From Gordius albopunctatus (lineage: Eukaryota), in assembly GCA_964276515.1 (NCBI GenBank), contig OZ193909.1, positions 6,944,001 through 7,008,000 on the forward strand: a stretch of 64,000 bases of DNA, written 5' to 3'. This document shows, in pieces, positions 1 to 13,057 of this stretch. The notes beneath the pieces are model-generated. The model saw nothing but the letters and a program-made list of their open reading frames with translations. It was not told where the DNA came from and ran no database searches. Position 1 is the stretch's first letter; each line of letters begins with the position of its first letter. The translations under genes were made by a program, and so were the position numbers.

Positions 1-752
1 TTCCGAGAAATGTTCAATCCATTACATAAGAAAGTTGATTTTAGTGATAGAATTGTCAGTTTAGTTTGACAGAGAAAGTGGCAGCTTAGGGGTTCCATTA
101 TTTTGGGTCAGGTAAAATGGTGAAGAGGTAATATAAAATAATAGCGATTTACATGGGCTTTGCCAGGATTGGAATTAGAGGGGGGCACTAATAATTTAGG
201 AAGGGGCAAAATGATCATTTTTTAAAATTTTAGCCTATAAAACAGTATCGAATCGAGTAAATAAAAAAATCGACACGAAGCAATAGAAATAGTTGATACA
301 ATCAATGGTTTCCTTTGAGGAAAGGGCAATATGCGTAAACACATTTATATTTATAACTAGCTGAGCCCGGCCAAGCGTTGCTTTGGCATAGTCCCGAATT
401 AGTTAAATAATTAGTAAAAATTAATTTGTAAGAGAGTTTATGATGTTAAAAAATATAATATATATTATGTAAATATATATTATATAGTTTAATAATAGAA
501 AAGGTATATTTATTAATGATTCACACACGGTTTAAATATTTATTAGATATTTTATAATTTTATAGGTTAAAAAGTGCGATGTTTAGTTATAATATGCATA
601 ATTGGGTGACAAAAAATTATAAACCACTGGTATAAAAGTCACTGATAATGTTCGACAATGTAGAAAAAATTTTGAGTACAGCGTATATAATAATGTAATG
701 TCATCATACCCTAAAATCTAGAGTATCTAAATGAGGTGATATTAGAAAACCA

Positions 753-1273
753 TTGGCGCCGCCATGTTATTATTCCCCCCACTATGACCGTCGTTGTATG
801 TCCTTGTTACAATGCTATAAAATTTTCTGGAGAAAAGAACGGCATGTGTTGCGCGTCTGGAAAAGTCAAACTATCTATACTTGGAGAAACCCCCAGTCAT
901 TAAAATCTCTCCTTGCTGGTTATACTGCGGATTCTAGACATTTATCTAACATTAGGAAATACAACTCCAGCTTCCAAATGACGTGTTTGGCGCAGATATT
1001 ATTACAACACAATTCATGCCAGCCTTTAAAGTAAAAGGCCAAATTTACCACAAAGCCGGGTCCCTCCTTCGAATACCAGATAGGCAACATAAGTTCTTAC
1101 AAATGCACTTTATCGGGGATAATGAGATTGGATTAAATGCACGCCTTGGAATTTCTACTGGTGTAAAAAGGTCTATCGTTTTACAACTTCAGACGCTTCT
1201 TCACGCTAAAAATAATTTAGTGCGCATTTTAAATATGATTTTCTTCGTGCTCTCGAAGCATTATTCTGTATGA
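753..1273 (+). pseudogene. Helitron Rep/helicase N-terminal fragment (frameshifted)
   Basis: ORFs give IRKYNSSFQMT.FG...FKVKGQIYHKAGSLL...FLQMHFIGD, typical of the Helitron RepHel N-terminal region. Confidence 0.8.
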
Positions 1274-1619
1274 ATAATAGCTCATATAACTGCATTTCAA
1301 GTTTGTCGGTTAACCATTGTCTGCATTTATCAACTTACCGTTAAAGTAATCTTTTTATTATTTTAATATTAATAACCGAATTTCATAAAAGTAGCAAAAA
1401 GGCGAAAGTTTTACCAATTCCTCCTCAAGCATACAAGAAGACTTTTCCTTAACCTTTATTAACAGCAAGCAAAATCTTATTATAAAGGGGAGCGAAAACG
1501 TTTTAAGTTCAATTATGATGGGTGGGGGGGGCAAAATAAAATCTGTTTGAATTTTTAAGTGTTTTTGCATTGAATTTTTTTTGTCATTCAAGGGGGGGGG
1601 GCATAAACCCAAGAGCTAT

Positions 1620-1910
1620 CTACCTAGACTATTGCGTTACGCAGGTGAATGGTTGCCACGCTACCACCATCCTCTGTTGATCTTATTTTTTATAAAGGAT
1701 ACCCATCACTGCCCCTAATCTAACTAATGTAGAGCAGACGTTCCGATTCAATTATGGCTCACATATTACATTGATGGAATAATTGCCGGCATTTTAAATA
1801 TGATTTTCTTCGCGCTCCCGAAGCATTATTCTGTATGAATAATCATATAACTGCATTTCAAGTTTGTCGGTTAATCATTGTCTGCATTTATCAACTTAGC
1901 GTTAAAGTAA
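1620..1910 (-). pseudogene. Helitron Rep fragment (frameshifted); part duplicated at ~1224-1350
   Basis: Manual translation of the minus strand gives YSYRIMLREREENHI / KCRQLFHQ / IESERLLYI / IHLRNAI, resembling the Helitron_like_N region. Confidence 0.7.
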
Positions 1911-3899
1911 GTAAAAATAGCAAAAAAGCACGAAACGTGGGAATGTTTCTGACAGCGCGTTATATTTATTTAAGTATATGATGATGTATTACGGTATCTA
2001 GAATATTTATTTGTTACAAATTTATATATTGTAAAAAAAACGGGCGTAGTTGAGTAAAAAATTGAGACAAATAAGATAAAGCAATAGTGGAAAAAAGTTT
2101 AAGGTAATTGGTAGTACCATAACGATAAATAAGTACAAAAAACGTAGTATGAACAATCCGCTAGATGGCGATATAGACTACCAATAAACATGGTTCCCGC
2201 TGTCGCAGGTTGATAAAAAGTATCTATAAACCTTCTACAATGCTAAGGCAATAATCTGGCCAAATTTGGTGGCAATCGGTTAGGAACTCTAAAAGTTATT
2301 AGCGTTCAAAAAAAAGGGACTTAGATTTTTATATATATAGATTAAGGAAAACATTTTATATTAAAAATCAAATGAAATAGAATTTACGAAGAAAAACTCT
2401 GTTGCGTATGCTCTTCGCCCTCACTAGATTATTGATGATTTATTGATTGGTTATGATTGATTTATATTGATTCTAAAAATAAATTTATCATATAAAACAT
2501 TATTAAATATATTTTAAATTGGAATTGCGTCAAATTTTAGGGCAGATTTATTTTACTAATCCCACTCATTAAACCCTGATTGCCATGGAAAGTTATATTC
2601 AAAATCAAAAAGGAAAGGACATATTATTAATTAATATGTTATCGCTCAAATGCATTCCAATATAATTAAGAGCTTATAATTTTCAGGCAATTTAAATGTA
2701 TTAATTGCTACTTTTTAATTAATAAAAGTGAGCGTCGCAACCACATTTAAAACTTTGTTAAAAATTAGTAGGCGAAGCTTATGGTTTTATATTAAGTAAA
2801 ATGTTTAAAAGGTCTAAATATCAGATTTAAATAATTTTCACTTTTTACAATTAGTCATATTATTTAAATGTTAATTGTATTATGCGCCTAAATGGCTAGT
2901 TATTTTATATTGTTGGTAGTAGTTTGATATAAATTGGGTGGAAAATTGATAAAATCAGATTTTTAATGTCGTTTTTGAAATAAATTTTGGCTATATAGGA
3001 AATGTTATGATTTTAATTAATGACTATCATAGATAGAACAGATTGACATTATAATTATTAGTATATACGTGCTTTATTAGAGTTTTAGGCTATTTAAAAA
3101 ACTGATAATTTCCATATTAATTGCATTTCTTAGAATATATTTGACTTATATAATTAAAAAGCTACTAAGATGCATTTATGGGTTTTAAATTTTATTATTT
3201 CAAATGATAACAGCTTAGGGTAAACCTAAAGGCCTATTTATAAGCATAATTTATCGACTCGTAATAATTGTTTGCTTATTATCTAGCTAGACCTAAATTA
3301 AAATTGAAGGAGGGACAAAATAGGTTTGACCATAAATCACCTTAAAAGTAAGCTATAGTATAACCAACCCTAGATTTAACCTAGCTGTACTATAAACAAA
3401 CTTTAAAAAGACAGATAGGCTGAGCTGAGAAGAGATTTAATAAAAATCTGCAAAGCAATTTGGCGTATAAAAATTTAAAGTGGGCGATTTATTGGTAGCG
3501 CTAAAATAGTTTCAATCTAAAAGTTTACCTAAATTAGATAAAATAATTTCACCTTTCCTTTTGGCTTAGGTTAAGTTATCACTGCATTTACCAACGATTG
3601 ATATATTTTTGATAGCAAATAATAAAAAGGCAGGGGGCAAATCAGTTTGGGACAAACCATAATAAAATTCAGACCTTGCCAACGTCTCAATTATTGCTAG
3701 AAATTCGTCTACAAAATTTAAATTTCGAAGAGCATCATTGATCTAACATTTAGATTCCGAAAGATGCATTATTATTAATTTTTGGAATGAAACACAGCTT
3801 ATTGCAATACCCTTAAATTTAATTAAATAAAATATAATTTATATATTATTTTATAATAATGAATCAATAGAATAATTGAGGAACTTGAAGTTTTTATTC

Positions 3900-4897
3900 C
3901 TCTTAGGAGGAATTGATATCCAACATTGAATGGGAACAAATTGAAAAGATTAAATTAATACTTTTCCCCTTTTACAGTGCAACTAATTTAAAATCCGGGG
4001 GCGGGGAGGCAAATCCCACAATTAACTTGGTATTACGGGTATATTATCAACCAGGCACAGAAGATCATGCTGTCAAAATGGCCTAACAGAAAATTGAAGA
4101 TATATGGCATTCAATAAGAAGATAGCCTTATTAGCGAGTGTCGTCGATTTAAGGCTCAAAATTTGAGTGTTTATCACCACTGGGGTGATTCACCAGTACA
4201 GGGCATACATATCCTATAGAGAAATTAAAGATGACTGGAAAACTGCTATATGAAGTCAGCCCGATTTTGTATCAACTAGTGAGGTATCAACACTGGATCG
4301 TTTATTAAGAGCAAAATGAAGGCGAAGTCATCATTGGAGACATTTTTTGCATAAACCACGTGTGGCCTACAATGTTGAGCCTTTACAATGGTGGAAATCG
4401 AATCAACGTCGTTTTCCAGCCATCAAAAAATTGGCAAAAAATCTTCTCTCTATATCTGGAATGGATCATTTACACCGTGCAAAAGAATATTTTTAACCGG
4501 AACCAATTTTGTTTAAAGAAGTAGTGTTAGGAAGATAATTTGACTTAAAAGTTGGCTAAAAACGGTTCTTTATTGTCTTAAACATATCATAGTTTTTGTT
4601 CGCCTTTAATATTTTAATTTTTAATGTGTGTATTTTTTAAAATATCTTTCAAATAAATCTTTCAAATGTATATACAAATTAAAATTCATACTAGCCTTTT
4701 TAATGTGTTTTTTAATAATTAAAAAACTTCATAAATATTCGAATCGATTTCGAATCCTTAAATTTTTTTCGAATCGAATTCGAATCTTCATTTTAATATT
4801 CGTCGAATCTCGATTCGAATATTTTTTTTGGAAACAAATTTGAATCCGAATCGAATACCAAAAATATTCGATTCGATTCGAAATCCAGAGGCGTACT
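3900..4897 (+). mobile_element. Degenerate 3' part of a hAT transposon, same family as 42808-44830
   Basis: Degraded codons match EELLSNVEWEE..LFPFYSATNL and EDHAVKMA..IALLASVVD of the 43170-44543 ORF. It shares the TTCGAA-rich subterminal repeats and the terminus aatccagaggcgtact. Confidence 0.8.
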
Positions 4898-5489
4898 TCT
4901 ATCACTCATAATTGTAAAACTGTTTGATGTCGCATGTTATATATTTAAAGGTCTTGTGCCGTTTAATTTATTTAAAATAAATCGAAGTTCTATGGAAAAA
5001 ACAGCACTATTTTTCACCAAGCAACTGCATTGTTATAAACTCATCTCAACATCTTATAGAAAATTTATTTAACAGATGAGCACAAATGGTAAATATAGTT
5101 GTTTTAATTTCGTGTTTTTTAGCGGCTCTTTTATAAGTGTTCATTAAAGCTTTAAGTAATTAATTGTAAAAATTGACTAAACTTCATTCACCATAGCGTC
5201 TTAATAATAAGATAATTTAAATTATATATAAATTTAATTACTATTTACACTTGTGTGTTTTAATCGAACCCACAGTTTTCAGTAAAAATCTAAAGTTAAG
5301 AAAAAAAATCTCGTATTATTCACAACATAAAAATTACTATTAAAAAATTATAAAACGAAACCTTTCACCCGTTACTGGTTTTCATAATTAGAATACTAAC
5401 AAATTTAACCATTTTCTTTATAGTTTAATTCTCTCATTTGCTAGAGGCTAAATCTCTTTTATTCTTACAAATAATCTGTTATCTGTTAC

Positions 5490-5655
5490 CAGGAGCGCAG
5501 CCAGAATTGGGATTAGAGGGGGGCAATAATCATTTAAGGAGGGGCAAAATGATCATTTTTTAAAATTTTTGCCATAATTTTAATCAATTTCAACAAATTT
5601 TTGGATTTAGAGGGGGGCAGCCGCCCCTCCTTGCCCCCCCCTGGCTACGCCCATG
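5490..5655. mobile_element. hAT-type MITE (166 bp)
   Basis: Imperfect TIRs caggagcgcagccag / ctggctacgcccatg and 8-bp TSD TCTGTTAC. Related partial copies at ~152, 17326, 20724 and 34613. Confidence 0.85.
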
Positions 5656-8306
5656 TCTGTTACGGTCCCAATAAGTAAAAACGTAAATACTGGTTTTTGT
5701 AAAGATAATTGGTACCCTTTCTAAAATATATAGTATAAAGGGCATAATGAATAAGGTCTTTATGTTAAATTTTGCGAATGAGTTAAATGAAGAATTATAA
5801 AGAAGAAAATCATTTAATATTAACGGGTAAAAATAATTATCTTACTTTTCCTTTCAAAAAATAAACCATTTTCTTTTATAATTCATAAGGTAATAAAGGT
5901 TTAAATTATTTTAATTAACTTTTTTTGCAGTGTTATATGAAAACATCTTGTAATTTTTTGTTAACTTTTTTTATCAATTCAATCTGACCATTTAGCGAAT
6001 CTTTGCGTTGATTCCTTTCATAAATACCTACAAATTTGATTACCCTAATGGGATAATATATCTTAAAAATTTTGAAATAATCGTTTTACTTTTGATACTT
6101 TTTAGATGCATTATTTTATACGAATTTATTAGATATTACATAATGAAATGTATTTTATTTTCACTATATTTTACTTGAATTGTTGTCCTCTTATACTAGA
6201 TAAGTAGTTAATTAAAAATTAAAATAAATCTTTTTATGTTGGTAACCAAATTTTAATTAAACTTACAAATATAAAAAATGCCTACAAATTCATTAATTAG
6301 TTAAAGAGGTATTTTAAGAATGCATCTATATTTGATATATTATAATTAAAGATGGACTTAGGTTTTGTATAGAAATGTGATAGAGGCAACATTATAAAAG
6401 AGCTCCCATTTTACAACCTGTTTTTGTTGACTTTCCATGTTTAGCCAAGTATTTGCAAAACTGGAAAAATCTACTAAAAATATGTTTCGGTAATTGCAGC
6501 AAATTACACCATTTAATCATACAATACTTTATCCTTTTAAAGCAAAATTAAATCTAATTATTTTAACCATTCGCTCTTCTAAAAGTTTTTTCCACCGTGA
6601 CTGGTAATAAGGTTTTTAATATTTACCAGAATTGTAACTGGGTGTAGTTTTAAATTATAAGGAGTTCCTAAATTTTTATTCCGCTCGATTTGATCCCTTA
6701 AAATTTATATTTTTTAATTTATAGCCATTGAAAGGTTAAGGAACCAAATGGCAGGTTATTTTACATTGGGATCTATATTAACAATAGTTGTTGATAATAT
6801 AAAGTTGGATATTGACACAACTAGGTTTAAAAACAAAAAGATTTGAGGTCACAAAAATCATCATTTTAAAGATTTATTTGAAATAAAATTATCATTGATA
6901 TCTAAACAATTATAAATTACATGTATTGATAGTAAATTGAATTTTAATACTAAATTAGTTGGTATCTAATATTTTATTTATGACTACTTAAATCTTTTTA
7001 GGCCATTTAGCTAAAACTTTATCGTTCCAATACGTAATCGCTATTTTATTTAGCTTTTTACCTATTTTATATTAAAAACATTCTATTCTTTATTTTATTT
7101 TTTCTATTGATAATTTAAAACAATATTTAAATTATAAATAATTTTGGGGTTAAAATTTATCACGAAAATAATAAAATTACATAGGGTAGAGCTTCCAAAC
7201 TCACCTAAGTGAAAAATTGTCAAAAATTAATTCACCGTGAAAAATGAATATAACGATATTGCAATTCATGAAATGTATACATTCAATCCTAATTGTTATT
7301 TTTATAATCAAACCTTGTGACAGTAAGAAGCGTGAGAATATAATATAAAGAGGGAAAAATAAAATTTAATATTAAAATAAGCACAAAATTTATGATAAGA
7401 TAGTGCAATTTGATGTCTAATTTGTTGTAATGTCCAATCTTATGAATTTTAAAAATTATTTTTTCACAAATCATATAAAAAATGTTATCAATAAGATTTA
7501 AATTTAATTGATATGAATTCTAAAATTTAACTATATGTAAATTTGAAACCAATATGAAAAATTGGGATTTAAATTTTTACGCATTAACTCTTAATCATCT
7601 TATTGTTATCTATATCGACGATTATTTAGCTTATCGATTGTAAATAACATTTGTTTGACTAACAACACTACTATTTTGTGCTTCTTATATTCAATCTCCC
7701 GGAATTTATGAAAAGCCACTTCAAATTCGTAAAATGTTAAGTAAGTGTGATTATAAAACACATATTTAAAAAAATTAAAATTTTAGTTTTAAATACTATC
7801 ATTTATATATAGGTAAAAATTTAAATGCCAGTGCGAAAATTGAAAATAAGATTTTAATAATAATTTTATTTAACATATGATTTTAAAATTTTTTAATAAA
7901 GAGAGGTAATAGATAAACCATTATTAGATTTGATTGGTCACACAAGATATATAGCATTGCAAACTTTGGCGACAGTTTTTACCGGTTTTTTAAGTATTAA
8001 TTTTGATAACTATTAAATTAAAAAAGTAGTATCTCATATGGCAAAATACTTATAAATTAACCTTTGAATCCTTAAAATGTGAAACCTTAGTCGTCGTCAT
8101 CCCACTTTATATATTGAGTCGTGTGTCCTTTACTTTAAATTAACCAAAATAAATCAGTTTGACCGAAAAAATCTATGTTAATTGTTCATTCGAACATTTC
8201 CTTGTTTAAACAGATGATGAAAATGTCAAATATAGTTCTTTCGATTTCTTATGTTTTGGTACTACTCTTAAAACTGTTCATATTACTTAAGCTTAAAAAT
8301 AGATAT

Positions 8307-10690
8307 TAATTGCTATGCAATTTATGGGCTCGTTTTTGGTTGTCCGTCCGTCCGTCCGTCCGTCTACCAAGTTATTTACACCAGCTTCCCGACCTGGAGG
8401 TTGCGGGTTCGAGACCCGGAGAGGACAAATTTTTTTTTTTTTTTTTAAATTAAATTAATATTTTTTTCTTGTTAATACCATTGATAATATGACTTTTTGA
8501 CCGTCCGCAGGCTACTGACCAATGAAAAAATGACCACTGGCCAGATAAATCGAAATTTTTAATTTTTCGTTTTTGAATAGTTTAACATTGATAATTACCC
8601 TATGCCGTCCCCTACAAGGGCCTATGGCTCTATTTATATGGTTCCCTGTTCCCCTCCAAAGGCTTATGCCTCTATTTAATGTGGGTTTGAATCCCGGCGA
8701 ACGTTCTAAATTGATGGTTCGAGACCCGGAGAGGACAAAAATTTTTATTTTTTTTTAAATTAAATTAATATATTGTTCTTGTTAATACCATTGATAATAT
8801 GAATTTTTGACCGTCCGCAGGCTACTGACCAATGAAAAAATGACCACTTGCCAGATAAATCGAAATTTTTAATTTTTCGTTTTTGAATAGTTTAACATTG
8901 ATAATTACCCTATGCCCTCCCCTACAAGGGCCTATGGCTCTATTTATATGGTTCCCTGTTCCCCTCCAAAGGCTTATGCCTCTATTTAATGTGGGTTCGA
9001 ATCCCGGAGAGGGCAAAATTTTTATTTTTTTAATTAATTTAATATTTTGTTCTTGTTAATACCATTGATAATATGACTTTTTGACCGTCCGCTGGCTACT
9101 GACCAATGAAAAAATGAACATTGGCCAAATAAATCCTAATTTTTCGTTTTTCCTTTTTGAATAAGTTAACATTGATAATTGAAAAAAATTACCATTGGCC
9201 AAATAAATCAAAATTTTTTGTTCGTTTTTGAATAGGTTAACATTGATAATTACCCTATACTTTTTAATAATTGCTATGCAATTTATCTAGTTTTTGGGTT
9301 AGAATCCCGGAGTTTTTTTTGACTCTTATGATTGTTCTTGTTACTATCAATGATAATAAGACTTTTTGGCCGTCCGCTGGCTGCTGACCAATGAAAAAAA
9401 TGACCATTGGCCAAAATGTGTATCCGAGTTTATTTTTTCGTTTTTTTTGAATATTATGATTGTTCCTGTTCCTACCATTGCTATTATGACTTTTTGGCCG
9501 TCCGCTGGCTGCTGACCAATGGAATAAAATGACCATTGGCCAAAATGTGATTCGAAAATTTTTTTTTCGTTTTTTTTGACTGTCATGAATTTATATCCAC
9601 TTTTACCGTGTCCTGGCTGCTGACCAATGGAAAAAAATGACCATTGGCCAAATTGTGAATCGAAATTATTTTTTCCGTTTTTTTTTACTATTATGATTGT
9701 TCCTGTTCCTACCATTGCTATTATGACTTTTTGGCCGTCCGCTGGCTGCTGACCAATGGAATAAAATGACCATTGGCCAAAATGTGATTCGAAAACTTTT
9801 TTTTCGTTTTTTTTTACTGTTATGAATTTATATCCACTTTTACCGTGTCCTGGCTGCTGACCAATGGAAAAAAATGACCATTGGCCAAAATGTGTATCCG
9901 AGTTTATTTTTTCGTTTTTTTTGAATATTATGATTGTTCCTGTTCCTACCATTGCTATTATGACTTTTTGGCCGTCCGCTGGCTGCTGACCAATGGAATA
10001 AAATGACCATTGGCCAAAATGTGATTCGAAAACTTTTTTTTCGTTTTTTTTTTACTGTTATGAATTTATATCCACTTTTACCGTGTCCTGGCTGCTGACC
10101 AATGGAAAAAAATGACCATTGGCCAAAATGTGTATCCGAGTTTATTTTTTCGTTTTTTTTGAATATTATGATTGTTCCTGTTCCTACCATTGCTATTATG
10201 ACTTTTTGGCCGTCCGCTGGCTGCTGACCAATGGAATAAAATAACCATTGGCCAAAATGTGATTCGAAAACTTTTTTTTCGTTTTTTTTGACTATTATGA
10301 ATTTATATCCACTTTTACCGTGTCCTGGCTTCTGACCAATGGAAAAAATGACCTTTGGCCAAAATGTGATTCGAAAATTTTTTTTTCGTTTTTTTTGACT
10401 ATTATGATTGTTCCTGTTCCTACCATTGCTATTATGACTTTTTGGTAATACAACTCCCGTAGAATTTAACTAACCATAAAGCTTCCCCTTCGCTCCCTCT
10501 CTCCCCCTTTATGATATTTGGCATATACACTTATTTAGTGCTTCCAACCTTCGTTTTGCAATATTCACGTAAGTATTTCCATAAATTGCATAGCAAATAT
10601 GATACATTTATACGGAGTGTAGATGAGTTCCCCCTTCCTTCCCCTCCTCCCCTTCCCCCTTCCCACGAGGGCCGAAGGCCCGAGTTTTTG
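8307..10690 (+). mobile_element. DINE-1/HINE-like non-autonomous Helentron, copy 1
   Basis: 5' subTIR ttgctatgcaatttatg (~8309), (GTCC)n at ~8342-8363, central tandem repeats, 3' subTIR cataaattgcatagcaa (~10580), C-rich tract, hairpin gggccgaaggccc (~10668-10681), then a T-run. No TSD visible. Confidence 0.75.
9360..10445. repeat. Central tandem array, ~238-bp unit made of two related subunits (4 full units)
   Basis: gactttttggccgtccgctggctgctgacc recurs at ~9360, 9488, 9725, 9962 and 10200. The core ggctgctgaccaatgg..atgaccattggccaaaatgtg occurs in every subunit. Confidence 0.95.
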
Positions 10691-12001
10691 TTTTATTCAA
10701 TAGATTTTATTTTTAATAAGGTGCTAATACATTAATGTTAGAAATAGAAATAATATTGACTGAATATATCTTTGTTAATATTATAACAATTTAAAAGAAA
10801 TTGTATAACAATTATTCTAAATAATTTAACCCCCTGTTTTCAGTGAAAACCTTAAGTTCAGAAAAAATCATTTTGTGTAATTTAACATAAAATTACTATT
10901 AATAAAGATATTTTCCTTTTTTAATTAAAAATTGAATGCCACACTAGAAAGCAGCCTCTTTTACATTTCTTCTAATGATTTATTTGTGAGATGCTAAACT
11001 ATTACATTCTCATCAATAAATAATTCTGTTATTTAATAAGAAGACATATTATGTAGAGACTTAAATAATGTTTGCTGCAAAAGGATTTATTACGTCTTAT
11101 AAAGTTTTCAATATAATGAGAAATTAATTTGAATTCATAATGAGAAAAGACAAAATCAATGAACTCTAATTGTAATACTTGCAAATAGATAAATGTAAAA
11201 TTAGAATTTATAGAAAAACCTTACTTAAAATAAAAGCAACGGATAATTTTTGGTCCCGTATGGTTTCTTTAAAAAAATAAATATTTCCACCTCTAATTAC
11301 TTCATAACTATTTAAACAATACTCGTAAAAATGTTTTTGTATAAACAGGGGGATTTAGAGAAAAATTGAATTTTTAAATAGCTATTTTGTGCTAATGCTT
11401 TTTGTACGATCTTATCTGATAAATGTTGTTCCTTAAAAGAGGAAATATTTCCAGTGTATAGCTCCTTGCCTGAAAAATTCAGTTCCAAGTTTCACTCTTT
11501 TAAAAAAAATATTCAAATTTCGTCTCCTTTAAAATTCCCTTTCAAATTATTTATATAATTAAAATATGTGCACTCCTATTTTGTAGGAGGCATGATAACT
11601 CAAAACTGCACGGAAAGAAAATAAAATAAGTTTCAGAAGCAGAAACGTTAATCATACTGATTAGTTTTCTTTATGAAGAAAATTAATTATGAGGGTAAAA
11701 ATCTTCTAAGATACTGATAAGTGATGATAAAGTCAATTGCTTATGCTGTAATAATTTTAAAACTATAATTTAAAATATTTTTATCAAATCATGTTAAAAA
11801 ATTAATATTAAAATTAATCACGGTAATTTTTGGGAGATTAATATAAACTCGAATTTAGGGGGAAAAGGGAAAAAACGTGAAGTTAGGAGAATTAATGGGA
11901 AAAATAAAAGGTTTAATTGATAATATAGTGTATAAGATAAAAAATTATTAGATTGATGACAATAACAACTAGCTATCACCCCCCTAAGCATATATCTAAT
12001 G

Positions 12002-13057
12002 TAGAGATTTGCACGGGAAGGCCCGTCCCGTGGGTGGGTACGGATAGGCTTTGTATCATAAAAATTTTAACGGGCCGGGCCCGGACGGGCTTAACAATTA
12101 ATGAAACGGGCTCGGGTGGGTCTCAGATTTTCTTAACGGGCTTGAACGGGTTAGAGATTATATAAACGGTCATGGAATTACAAAAGTCCTTAAAAGTTAG
12201 ACAATTATATAGATTTCTATTAAACATATAGATTATTAATTGCTTAATTTTTTAATATCTAATTTTTGTATATCCTGTAGCATTTATTCCTTTTTCAAGC
12301 GCTAAACTTGACTTTAAAACATTTTTATTCTATTTGATATAGATTTTCGTTAACATAATCTAAGATTATAGCTTCGTATATTCTTTTAAAAAAATGTTCA
12401 ATTACTTAGTTACTTACAATGCACGAAAGTTTTTGTGTTTAATTTTATCACAAATTTTACTGGTATAAATTATTAGTATTTTTGCAATCCAAAGCTTATG
12501 TGTATGAACTTATATAAATTTTTTTCCATAATATTGAAGAAGTCTTTAATAAATGGTATACAAAAAATTACATAAATTAATCAAATCAATGTAAACTGCT
12601 TATTAAAAGTTGAATATTCTTATGCTATTTTAATAAAGTTTTTTAATTTAATGGGAATACTGAATTCTAACTTCTTAGGTGTATTAACATAAATTAATAT
12701 AATAAAAGTAAATTGGTGAAAGTCTAATATTCTCATATAATTTTTTAGAGCAATTTAATGATAGTACTATATTAAAATTTTTGAGGTGTATTAACAGCAG
12801 AAATAATTGATGATTTATTATTTTTCCATCATAATTATTGATGTTTTTTTATGAAGATGTCAAAAAATAAAATAAAATTTTGTGAAATTTTTGATGGAGC
12901 CGGTGCGGAGTTCTGTTAAAAATTTGAACGGGCTTGGGGGGTGCCCTGACGTTTTTCTAAACGGGTACGAACGGGCCTGAAAAGATTACGAACGGGCTCG
13001 GACGGGCCTGGAAGTTATGAAACCGACCTTCTAAAAACGGCCCGTTGCAGATCTCTA
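12002..13057. mobile_element. hAT MITE (~1.06 kb) with cgggc subterminal repeats
   Basis: TIRs tagagatttgcacggg / cccgttgcagatctcta and exact 8-bp TSD ATCTAATG (11994-12001, 13058-13065). Confidence 0.9.

Larger units (their letters stand above)
357..2341 (-). mobile_element. Non-autonomous Helitron with scrambled Rep fragments
   Basis: Minus strand starts A|TCTATATATA (2341) and ends ...gccgggctcagCTAG|T (357), with an imperfect GC-rich hairpin near the 3' end: canonical TC...CTAG termini at an A|T site. Internal Rep-like peptides are present. Confidence 0.8.

Noticed and set aside
8385..8425. Functional tRNA gene
   Set aside because: Only the T-arm and variable region are recognisable; there is no D-arm or acceptor stem.
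9264..10190. Repetitive ORFs (MVGTGTIII..., 90-201 aa) and their copies at 23941-24631
   Set aside because: By-products of the tandem array. Frames shift with homopolymer length and no domain is recognisable.
9360..10445. CRISPR-like array (palindromic ~43-bp core at regular spacing)
   Set aside because: The intervening sequences alternate between two recurring types rather than being unique. There are no cas genes and the context is a eukaryotic transposon.
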